Assembly: GCA_965116885.1 (NCBI GenBank)
Contig: OZ220741.1
Span: 544,001 to 608,000, forward strand
DNA from: Candidatus Latescibacterota bacterium
GTDB lineage: Bacteria; Latescibacterota; UBA2968
Direction of reading: 5' to 3'
Length of the DNA stretch: 64,000 nt
Part shown: positions 28,996 through 37,297 of the stretch, in pieces
Position numbering within the stretch: position 1 is the stretch's first letter
How the letters are laid out: the number at the start of each line of letters is the position of its first letter
Notes under the pieces: model-generated
Seen by the model: only the letters and a program-made list of their open reading frames with translations
What the model was told of the DNA's origin: nothing
Databases searched by the model: none
Made by a program: the position numbers and the translations under genes

Positions 28996-30294
28996 TCAAT
29001 CACTCCCACCCGTGAAATAACTCTTGGTACCCTTGGCTTGCACTGCATCGCCGATTCGGTTCAAAGCGTGGACATAAGCCGCGGTACGCTGGGAAATACC
29101 CTGTGTCTGGGCAATATCCCAAATGTGCTCTGTCTCCTCGACCATCTTCTGTTTCAGCCGTTGATTGACCTCATCCAGCGTCCAGTACAACCCCTGGCGG
29201 TTCTGCACCCACTCAAAATAACTCACCGTCACCCCACCGGCATTGACCAGAATATCGGGAAACACCACCACATCTCGTCCGCGCAAAATCTCGTCCGCCT
29301 CCGGAGTCGTCGGACCATTTGCCAGTTCGTATACCGCCTTCGCCTTAATATCGCGGGCATTCGACGCTGTAATCTGGTTCTCCAGCGCCGCTGGCGCCAG
29401 AATATCGACATCGAGCGTGAGCAATTCCTCATTGGTAATCGTCTCGTGATCGACCGCATTGCACACACTACCCTCGCAGTAAACAGCTTTAAGCGCGCGG
29501 GTCGAATCCTTGAACTGCCGCACACTGGGAATATCGAGACCCTCTCGCCGATATATCCCACCCTGAGAATCACTCACCGCCACAACCTTATAACCAGCAT
29601 TAAAAAGCAACTCGGCGATAATAGCCCCGGCATTGCCAAAGCCCTGTACTGCCACAGTCGTCGTAGCGGGCGAGCCACTCAACCCGAGCCTGGGCAAAGT
29701 CGCCTCCATCGTAAAAAAGGCGCCCATCGCAGTCGCCTTATCCCTCCCCAGACTCCCTCCCATAGTCAAAGGCTTGCCGGTAATCACCGCAGGCGCAATC
29801 TGCCGCTTAATAATACCATACTGATCCACCATCCAGCCCATAATCATCTCATTGGTATAAACATCCGGCGCTGGAATATCGACATCCGGACCGATAAAAT
29901 CGGCCACCGCGTCGATATAACCCCGACTGAGCCGCTCCAGTTCAAACGGAGACAGCGACTTGGGATCAACCGTTATGCCGCCTTTCCCCCCACCAAAGGG
30001 CAAATTGGCCACCGCACATTTAAAAGTCATCCAAAAAGCCAGAGACTGCACCTCGTCAATAGACACATCTGGATGGAAGCGAATGCCCCCTTTGGTGGGA
30101 CCTCGCGTATCGTCGTAGCGCACCCGGTACCCCGGAAAAATACGCAACTCGCCGTTATCCATCCGCACCGGGATAGAAACTTTCAAACTCGACCTGGGCA
30201 ATTTGAGCCGCTCAATCGCCTCCTCGGAAATAGAAGCATACGCCAGAGCTTCATCGAGCCGTTGGCTGGCATCGCTGAACAATGATTCGGACAT
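28996..30294 (-). CDS. gdhA: Glu/Leu/Phe/Val dehydrogenase (glutamate dehydrogenase)
   Basis: GPTKGGIRFHP, GGGKGG, DIPAPD, QGFGNAG, ANGPTT, NAGGVTVSYFEW. Confidence 0.93.
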   Translation of the reverse strand: MSESLFSDASQRLDEALAYASISEEAIERLKLPRSSLKVSIPVRMDNGELRIFPGYRVRYDDTRGPTKGGIRFHPDVSIDEVQSLAFWMTFKCAVANLPFGGGKGGITVDPKSLSPFELERLSRGYIDAVADFIGPDVDIPAPDVYTNEMIMGWMVDQYGIIKRQIAPAVITGKPLTMGGSLGRDKATAMGAFFTMEATLPRLGLSGSPATTTVAVQGFGNAGAIIAELLFNAGYKVVAVSDSQGGIYRREGLDIPSVRQFKDSTRALKAVYCEGSVCNAVDHETITNEELLTLDVDILAPAALENQITASNARDIKAKAVYELANGPTTPEADEILRGRDVVVFPDILVNAGGVTVSYFEWVQNRQGLYWTLDEVNQRLKQKMVEETEHIWDIAQTQGISQRTAAYVHALNRIGDAVQAKGTKSYFTGGSD

Positions 30295-30365
30295 GGATCC
30301 CCCTCAAACAGAAAGCCGTCAGGGATATATCCTGACGGCTATGAAATCACTAAAAAATTTCAGAA

Positions 30366-30806
30366 TTACTCATCATCATCTGTAGAAATAGGCAAATCTT
30401 CGCGCTTCAAAACGCGGCGACGGGGCCGACTAAGCTGTTGGGGTGTACGCTCGAGCCGTTCCTGAACCTGCACCGTATAACGCGCCGTGGGCATAGCCTC
30501 GAGCCGCAAGGGATGAATGGGTTCACCGGATTCTTCGCAAAACCCATAAGATCCATTTTCAATTTTTTGTAAGGCATTGTCAATCTCTGCCAATTCGCGT
30601 CGCTCGTGATTCCCCAGCGACGTCATCAACTCCAGCGACGACGCATTGCCAGCCGCATCGAGCGGATCGGCTGCGACATCGCCTCTAATTTCGTCAAGGT
30701 CTTCATCTTGATTGAGCACTTGCTTGAGCAACTCGCGCTTGCGCTCAGTCAAAATTTTTTTATAAAACGCGAGCTGTTCATCACTCAAAGGTTCATGCTT
30801 TGTCAT
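30366..30806 (-). CDS. dksA: DksA/TraR family RNA-polymerase-binding factor
   Basis: Coiled coil with a DPLDAA tip; ALQKIENGSYGFCEESGEPI...RLEAMPTA. Confidence 0.8.
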   Translation of the reverse strand: MTKHEPLSDEQLAFYKKILTERKRELLKQVLNQDEDLDEIRGDVAADPLDAAGNASSLELMTSLGNHERRELAEIDNALQKIENGSYGFCEESGEPIHPLRLEAMPTARYTVQVQERLERTPQQLSRPRRRVLKREDLPISTDDDE

Positions 30807-30939
30807 TACTTATCGGTCCTTTTTTATTTTATTTGTCAATACGCAGGGAGGGGTGCTTCCGCCCCTGTGAAAATTTGTCCGCAATTATATGTCAGCGGCA
30901 AAATAATGTCAAGTCTTGCAAAACAAAAAATTAGACGTT

Positions 30940-32649
30940 CTATCCCCCAAGCACAGCCAAAAAATCTTCTACAGAAAGTGCATTGAGCACACCATCAGCC
31001 GTCAGACCCCCCTTTCTGGCAATCCCCAACCCAAAGCACATATCTTTCAGTCCCTCAGTACTGTGGGCATCTGTATTAATCGGAATCTGAACACCCTTCT
31101 CCTGCGCATAAGATAAAAATCGCCAATCCAACTCCAAACGCGCGGGATTGGCATTGATCTCAATTGCCGTACGCGCCTCGGCCGCAGCATCAATCACAGC
31201 CTTCATATTGAGCGGATAACCCTCACGGGACAATAACAAACGGCCTGATGGATGCCCCAAAATATCGACATGAGGATTTAGAACCGCGCGAATCAACCGA
31301 TCAGTAGCCTCCTTTTCAGTCATTGAAAACTTCGAATGCACAGACGCAACCACCAAATCGAACTCAGACAAAAATTCATCGTCAAAATCTAACCGCCCAT
31401 CGCTAAAAATATCCACCTCAATACCCTTCAACACCCGAATACCTTCCACGGCATCGTTGACCCGATCAATCTCATCCCACTGCAACCGCACGCGATCTTC
31501 ATTCAGCCCATTGGCATAAGCCGCGGCCTTGCTGTGATCGCAAATACCGATATACGCATAACCCAGCACCTTTGCCGCCCGTGCCATATCCTCCACGCTA
31601 TGCCGCCCATCGCTATACGTCGTGTGAACATGAAGCGTACCCTTCAGATCGGATTGCGCGACCAACCCGGGCAGTGGCGCTCGTTCTGCGCGTTCGATCT
31701 CATCCCGTCCCTCGCGCAACTCGGGCGGAATATAATGCAAACCCAACGCGGCAAATAACGCTTTCTCATCGGCACATACCGCGTTTTCATCCCCCTTGAA
31801 CAAACCGTATTCATTGAGCTTCATACCCCGGTCTTTTGCCCGCTGCCGCATCGCGGTATTGTGTTCTTTGCTCCCCGTAAAATGGTGCAATGCATAGGGA
31901 AACGCCGCATCCGGCACAATCCTCAAATCCGCGCGCATGCCCGAATCCAACACAACACTCACCTTTGTCTCCCCGCGCCCTGTAACCTCCGCCACGCCGG
32001 GATACGCGACAAAAGCCTCGGCAAGCGCGCCCCCATCTTTCGCGCTCGCAACAATATCCACATCCTTACTCGTCTCCATACATCGCCGCACACTGCCCGC
32101 CACCGATAGGCGAATCACCCCCGGTTGATCTGACAGATAAGCGCGCAACGCCTCTGCTTCATCCCGCGCCGTACGGCTCAAAAAACGCCCGCGGTGTTGC
32201 TGCAAATAAGACACCCCGCGCAAAATACTCTCAGCGGTCTTCTTCCCGAACCCACGCAATTTTTCGACCTCACCCGCCTCGCACGCCTTTGCCAGCGCAT
32301 CCACATCGGCAATCCCCAACTGCTCGTAAATAGACCGCACCCGCTTCGCGCCCAAACCGGGTACCTCAATCATCTCCAATAATCCTTCGGGCAGCGCGGA
32401 ACGCAAATCGCCCATACCCGGCAACTGCCCCGTCTCAATAAGTACTGCGATATTTTGCGCCATCTTCGCGCCAATACCGCGCACAGATTCCAATTCACCG
32501 CGCGTGCTCAAATTCGAAGCAGACTCTTGCAACAGCTCAATCTGCCGCGCTGCATTGACATAAGACCGAATGCGAAATGCATTTTCGCCATTCAGTTCCA
32601 TCAACGTGGTCATATCTTCCAATGCCGCGGCAATATCTTTATTATCCAT
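30940..32649 (-). CDS. polX: DNA polymerase X with a PHP domain
   Basis: HhH motifs, AGSVRR..ETSKDVDI, HFTGSKEHN; PHP motifs HVHTTYSDG, CDHS, NTDAH. Confidence 0.95.
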   Translation of the reverse strand: MDNKDIAAALEDMTTLMELNGENAFRIRSYVNAARQIELLQESASNLSTRGELESVRGIGAKMAQNIAVLIETGQLPGMGDLRSALPEGLLEMIEVPGLGAKRVRSIYEQLGIADVDALAKACEAGEVEKLRGFGKKTAESILRGVSYLQQHRGRFLSRTARDEAEALRAYLSDQPGVIRLSVAGSVRRCMETSKDVDIVASAKDGGALAEAFVAYPGVAEVTGRGETKVSVVLDSGMRADLRIVPDAAFPYALHHFTGSKEHNTAMRQRAKDRGMKLNEYGLFKGDENAVCADEKALFAALGLHYIPPELREGRDEIERAERAPLPGLVAQSDLKGTLHVHTTYSDGRHSVEDMARAAKVLGYAYIGICDHSKAAAYANGLNEDRVRLQWDEIDRVNDAVEGIRVLKGIEVDIFSDGRLDFDDEFLSEFDLVVASVHSKFSMTEKEATDRLIRAVLNPHVDILGHPSGRLLLSREGYPLNMKAVIDAAAEARTAIEINANPARLELDWRFLSYAQEKGVQIPINTDAHSTEGLKDMCFGLGIARKGGLTADGVLNALSVEDFLAVLGG

Positions 32650-32760
32650 TCAAAACCACCGGGGAATGTAGTGGACATTTGACAATTCACATGGTTATTT
32701 TAACTTCAATCGCCTGCATCAAAATTTCGGAGAATATAGATACAGAATGGAGCTAAGTCA

Positions 32761-33789
32761 ATGAATCAAACCACAAAAATCGCCATCGTCGGACTGGGGC
32801 GCATCGGCTGGCGATTTCACTTTCAGCAAGCCCTGTCATCCGACCAATTCGAACTCACCGCCGTCGTCGATCCCCTGCCCGAACGCTTATCCGAAGCACG
32901 CGCAGCAGCGGGTTGTGAAACCCATACCGATTTTGAATCGCTCTGGTCCGGCCCATTGCCCGATGTGGTCGCCATTGCCACCCCCACCACATTGCACGAA
33001 GACATGACCATTCGCGCCCTCAACGAAGGGTGTCACGTCATCCTCGAAAAACCCATGACCACCTCCCTCGCCTCGGCAGATCGCATGATCGCCCAGGCCG
33101 AAAAGAACAACCGCCGCATCTTTCTCTATCAGCCCCACCGCCTCACACCCGAAACACAAACCGCGCGAGAAATTATCCAAAGCGGCAAGCTGGGACCCAT
33201 CTACGCCATACACCGGGGCGTCTATCGCTATGTTCGCCGAAACGACTGGCAGAGCTTGCGGAAAAACGGCGGCGGCATGCTCAACAACTACGGCGCGCAT
33301 TACCTCGACCAACTCATCTATCTCTCCGACGACTCGGCAATCACAGAAGTCGATTGCAAACGCTGGGCAATAGCCACCCGCGGCGACGCCGACGACGTGG
33401 TCAAAGCCTGGGTCAAAAAAGACTCTGGACAGCTCTTAGACGTGCAAATCAATCAGGCCTCTGCCTATACAATGCCCCTCTGGCATATTTGCGGGAAATA
33501 CGGCACAGCCATTCGCGAGGACAACGTATTCAAAGTGCGATATTACGACCCCGCAGAAGCACCTCCGCTCAACGTCGTCGAAGGCGCAGCCCCCGAACGC
33601 AGCTACGATAATAAGGACCGACTGCCCTGGCGGGAAGAAGACATCCCCATTACCCGGGACAAACAGCGCGACTTCTACGCCAACATCTACGACGTAATCG
33701 TCAACAACGCCACCCCGTATATTCGCATAGAAGAGTCGCGCGAACTCATGCGCGTCATGGACTTATGCCGCCAGAGTGCCAAATTCTGA
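32761..33789 (+). CDS. Gfo/Idh/MocA oxidoreductase
   Basis: IAIVGLGRIG, HVILEKP, GGGML..YGAHYLD. Confidence 0.92.
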   Translation: MNQTTKIAIVGLGRIGWRFHFQQALSSDQFELTAVVDPLPERLSEARAAAGCETHTDFESLWSGPLPDVVAIATPTTLHEDMTIRALNEGCHVILEKPMTTSLASADRMIAQAEKNNRRIFLYQPHRLTPETQTAREIIQSGKLGPIYAIHRGVYRYVRRNDWQSLRKNGGGMLNNYGAHYLDQLIYLSDDSAITEVDCKRWAIATRGDADDVVKAWVKKDSGQLLDVQINQASAYTMPLWHICGKYGTAIREDNVFKVRYYDPAEAPPLNVVEGAAPERSYDNKDRLPWREEDIPITRDKQRDFYANIYDVIVNNATPYIRIEESRELMRVMDLCRQSAKF

Positions 33790-33871
33790 TCAGGATGTGC
33801 CGGATTAAAGGATATACAGGATAAAATCCGTAGATCGAACCAACGATACAATCAAACTATCAGGAGACACG

Positions 33872-34726
33872 ATGAAACTTTCACTCACCTCTGTCATGCT
33901 TCCCCGATGGGATTTGGAAACCACATTCAAAAAATTGGAAAAACACGGTTACGAAGGCATTGAACTCCGCTGCCGATACAATCCCGAAGACCCCAATGCC
34001 GAATTGTTCTATTGGGGACGCCACCTCACGGATGTCAGCCCAGACAATATCCTGGACAAGGCAGCGCAGATACGCGACCTCTCAAACCAAACCGGCGTGC
34101 GCGTTTGCACCCTCGCATCCAATTTCACTTATGATCGGACTGATATCATCGAAAAAATATTCAAAGGCGCGCGTGCAATCGACTCCGATAACCCACCCCT
34201 CATTCGCGTTGGTGCCCAGAGCCACGACCGCCAGGCGCCCTATATTCCCCAATTCCTCAAAGCGCGTGTCGGTTTTGCCGACCTCGTTGAAATGGCGCGC
34301 GATTACGGCGTCAAAATCATCTATGAAATTCACGTTGGCACCATCGCTGTGAGCGCATCTCGCACCATCGCCCTCTTAGAAAATCTCGATCCCAATCACA
34401 TCGGTGCCATCTGGGATGTGCCCAACATGATCCGCGTGGGACTTGAAGACAGCAAAATGGGCCTCGAACTACTCGGCCCGTATCTCGCCCATGTACACAT
34501 CGGCAATGCCACACCCGTGCAAACCGAGCGCGACGAGACCGGAAGCATGCAATGGGAATGGGATTTTAGCGACCTGCGAGAAGGCATGGCAGATATTCCC
34601 CAAATTATCCAGGACCTCAAAGACGTCGGATATTGGGGTTATATCTCACTCGAAGAATTTGGTCCCGGCGATGACGAAGAAAAAATCAGTTCCCAGGGCA
34701 ACTATTTGAAATCCCTCATCAATTAA
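33872..34726 (+). CDS. Sugar phosphate isomerase/epimerase (xylose-isomerase-like TIM barrel)
   Basis: GYEGIEL, YEIH, WDVPN, HVHI, GYISLE. Confidence 0.85.
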   Translation: MKLSLTSVMLPRWDLETTFKKLEKHGYEGIELRCRYNPEDPNAELFYWGRHLTDVSPDNILDKAAQIRDLSNQTGVRVCTLASNFTYDRTDIIEKIFKGARAIDSDNPPLIRVGAQSHDRQAPYIPQFLKARVGFADLVEMARDYGVKIIYEIHVGTIAVSASRTIALLENLDPNHIGAIWDVPNMIRVGLEDSKMGLELLGPYLAHVHIGNATPVQTERDETGSMQWEWDFSDLREGMADIPQIIQDLKDVGYWGYISLEEFGPGDDEEKISSQGNYLKSLIN

Positions 34727-34739
34727 CAAGGAGCATACT

Positions 34740-35624
34740 ATGGTCCCCCTCATCAGCAGCCTCGTCTATGGCCCACTCGGCGCGTGTCAATTGCCCCGCA
34801 CATGGTGGAAAGTCCTCACGCGCAACGCCGGTATTTTAGACGACGAATATCCCGACATGACAGATAATGGCCTCGACCCCCGCGTACTGCGCGCATTAAA
34901 CCTGGATATCGACACCACATTGGCCTACTTGCGCGAAAACATGCCCTCATACCTCGAATTTGAAGCGTGGATACTCGAACAAAGAGGCGACGACTTCTGG
35001 GGCTTTGAACAGCAAGACGCCATCGTCCGATGGAACACGTTTATTCGCGCACGGCGACACCGCGGAGAAAAAATTGAAGAAACGTACACAGACACGGGCC
35101 TGCCGCGAGATGCGGGCATTGATTCTGCAACCGTACTCAACAGCCTTCAGGACTGGCAGTTATTTTACAAGCGCGACCTGCCCAAACTCAGCGGAAACAT
35201 CGTCCCCCTCATCGCCACAATCGACTTCGGTCCCCTCGGCGTGCGCCAGTTGCCCCGCACATGGTACAAAATCCTCCTCCGCGCAAAAGGACTGCTCCAC
35301 CCCGACTATCCCGACATGACGGATAGTGGCCTGGACCCCCGCGTACTGCACGCATTAAATCTGGACATCGACGCCACATTAAACTACATCCGCACAAACC
35401 TCCCGTCCTATCTCGAATTTGAAGGCTGGGTGCTCGAACAGTGCGGCGGTCAAATTCCCGTACAAGCCGTTGACGAATGGAATGACTACCTGTGCAATCG
35501 CATCCACAACGACGCCAAACGCGCAGAAATCCGCGCAACCGTGGGATGTGGCGACATATCCTCAGCCGTCGTACTCAACCACATCGAAGACTGGCATCTG
35601 GCACATCAGTGGCTCTCAATGTGA
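34740..35624 (+). CDS. Hypothetical protein made of two tandem homologous domains (DUF5069-like)
   Basis: GPLG..QLPRTW.K...YPDMTD.GLDPRVL.ALNLDID...PSYLEFE.W occurs twice. Confidence 0.7.
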   Translation: MVPLISSLVYGPLGACQLPRTWWKVLTRNAGILDDEYPDMTDNGLDPRVLRALNLDIDTTLAYLRENMPSYLEFEAWILEQRGDDFWGFEQQDAIVRWNTFIRARRHRGEKIEETYTDTGLPRDAGIDSATVLNSLQDWQLFYKRDLPKLSGNIVPLIATIDFGPLGVRQLPRTWYKILLRAKGLLHPDYPDMTDSGLDPRVLHALNLDIDATLNYIRTNLPSYLEFEGWVLEQCGGQIPVQAVDEWNDYLCNRIHNDAKRAEIRATVGCGDISSAVVLNHIEDWHLAHQWLSM

Positions 35625-35639
35625 AAAGGAGAAAAGAAA

Positions 35640-36749
35640 ATGTCCATCGAACTCGGCGAAATGTCCAATGGCGTGTCACTAACACAAGTGACCACAGACA
35701 CGCTTGAAAAATCCAACATCTACTGTGAACTACCCTACTGCTCTGCTGACTCGCGCGTCTTTGTCTATGAGCAGAAAAATTCAGACACCGCGCCCAACAC
35801 CACCGAATATATCGCCTGTGAATTTGGCACATGGGAAACCGAAATAATCGGTCGCGGTCTGGGCGGACCTGGCATGACCCACAGCGGCATCTTCTTTTAT
35901 CGGCGTATTGTCCCCAACAAATGCCAGGAACTCGTGCGCGTTGACCTGCGCACGGGCAAACAGCGCGTCATCCATGAATTTCCCGAAGACCTTCAAACGC
36001 GCGGCCTGGGTACCCTATCGCCCGATGAGCGCTATTACGCCTATGGCGTCACCATCAGCTATCATCCCAAAATGTTTGGCATAGAACTCGTCGATCTCGA
36101 AAAGGGAACGCGAGAAATCATCAACACCGACCCCGACATCTGCAATCCCCACACGCAATTTGAACCCACAGAAGGCAAACAAATTATGGTTCAACACAAC
36201 CGGGGCTGCGAATTTAAACCCGATGGCACCCGCCTCAAACTCGTCGGCGACGAAGGCGCCACCGAATACCTCGTCGATATACCCGACGGCAAAGTCACGC
36301 GCCTTCAGGTCGGACTACCCCATACGCCGAGCATCACCGGACACGAAGCCTGGATCGCGGGCGCGAATGAAATCCTCCTATCCGTCCGCGCCGAAGGGGA
36401 GTACGCACCCGACAAGGGCAACCTCGTCAAAGTATCCGCAAACAACCCTCCAGAGCGCGTCGGCACGCCGGGCTATCGCTTCAATCACGTCGGCACCTCC
36501 CCCTGTGGTCAATACTTTTTCTGCGACGACTGGCAGGGCGCCAGCAAACTCGTCGTCGGCAATATCCAGACCGGCAAAACCGCGGTTGTATGCGAAGCCC
36601 ATACATCCATGAGCACCGCGCAAAACACACACGGGCATCCCTATCTCTCGCCCGACCTCAAATGGCTCGTCTTCAACTCTGACCGCTCGGGACATCCCCA
36701 AATCCACGTCGCATCTGTGCCGTTTGATCTTATTGCTCGGTTGAATTAG
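35640..36749 (+). CDS. Oligogalacturonate-lyase-like / TolB-like beta-propeller
   Basis: HTQFEP, GHEAW, HGHPYLSPDLKWLVFNSDRSG. Confidence 0.7.
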   Translation: MSIELGEMSNGVSLTQVTTDTLEKSNIYCELPYCSADSRVFVYEQKNSDTAPNTTEYIACEFGTWETEIIGRGLGGPGMTHSGIFFYRRIVPNKCQELVRVDLRTGKQRVIHEFPEDLQTRGLGTLSPDERYYAYGVTISYHPKMFGIELVDLEKGTREIINTDPDICNPHTQFEPTEGKQIMVQHNRGCEFKPDGTRLKLVGDEGATEYLVDIPDGKVTRLQVGLPHTPSITGHEAWIAGANEILLSVRAEGEYAPDKGNLVKVSANNPPERVGTPGYRFNHVGTSPCGQYFFCDDWQGASKLVVGNIQTGKTAVVCEAHTSMSTAQNTHGHPYLSPDLKWLVFNSDRSGHPQIHVASVPFDLIARLN

Positions 36750-36810
36750 GAGTGTGCATAATTCATTTGTTGTGGTGTAACGATGTATAGAGATTTTTTT
36801 ACTATTTTTC

Positions 36811-37025
36811 TTTTTATGCCTTCGGCGACCTACTTTTTGTCACCAGCAACAAAAAGTAGGCAAAAAATGCCGCTCTCAAACGCCGAGGGGCTATGCACAG
36901 CGCAAATCGTTCTTGTAGTAATACGCCATGCTGTGGCCTGCACAGTTGGAATGCCATAAAGATGTCCGCTGCGAGACGGACTCACACGCTGTGCATAATG
37001 GCCTTGATTGATGGCGTTTTGTGAG
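36811..37025. repeat. Structured intergenic element (MITE-like)
   Basis: CCTACTTTTTGT/ACAAAAAGTAGG hairpin and TATGCACAGCG/CGCTGTGCATA long-range inverted repeat; its left end TTTTATGCCTTCGGCGAC recurs at ~9958-9975. Confidence 0.55.
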
Positions 37026-37227
37026 GGTGTGTTTTTGTGATGGCTTATCTGAAGTACTGCGTAATATCAGTCACAAATTCAACAGGCACATGGAAGTCAA
37101 AACAATGTGCCTGTTTTTTTATAAAGTGTTCATTTTCGGACACCACTGTATCAAAATCGGACACTTATTACAAGGCGTTCATAACGCGAATTTTCATAAC
37201 TACTTGTAAAACATAGAAAAGAAACTT

Positions 37228-37242
37228 TGGCACAGAAATTGC
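37228..37242 (+). promoter_or_regulatory. Sigma-54 (-24/-12) promoter
   Basis: TGGCAC-AGAAA-TTGC, 55 bp before the permease ORF. Confidence 0.7.
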
Positions 37243-37297
37243 GTACCTGTTTCCCACACATTCACTCTACTCTATGAATCATTGCAGAGGATAACCG

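Noticed and set aside
29038..30285. 415-aa ORF antisense to gdhA
   Set aside because: Shadow ORF with no recognisable motifs, opposite a well-conserved gene.
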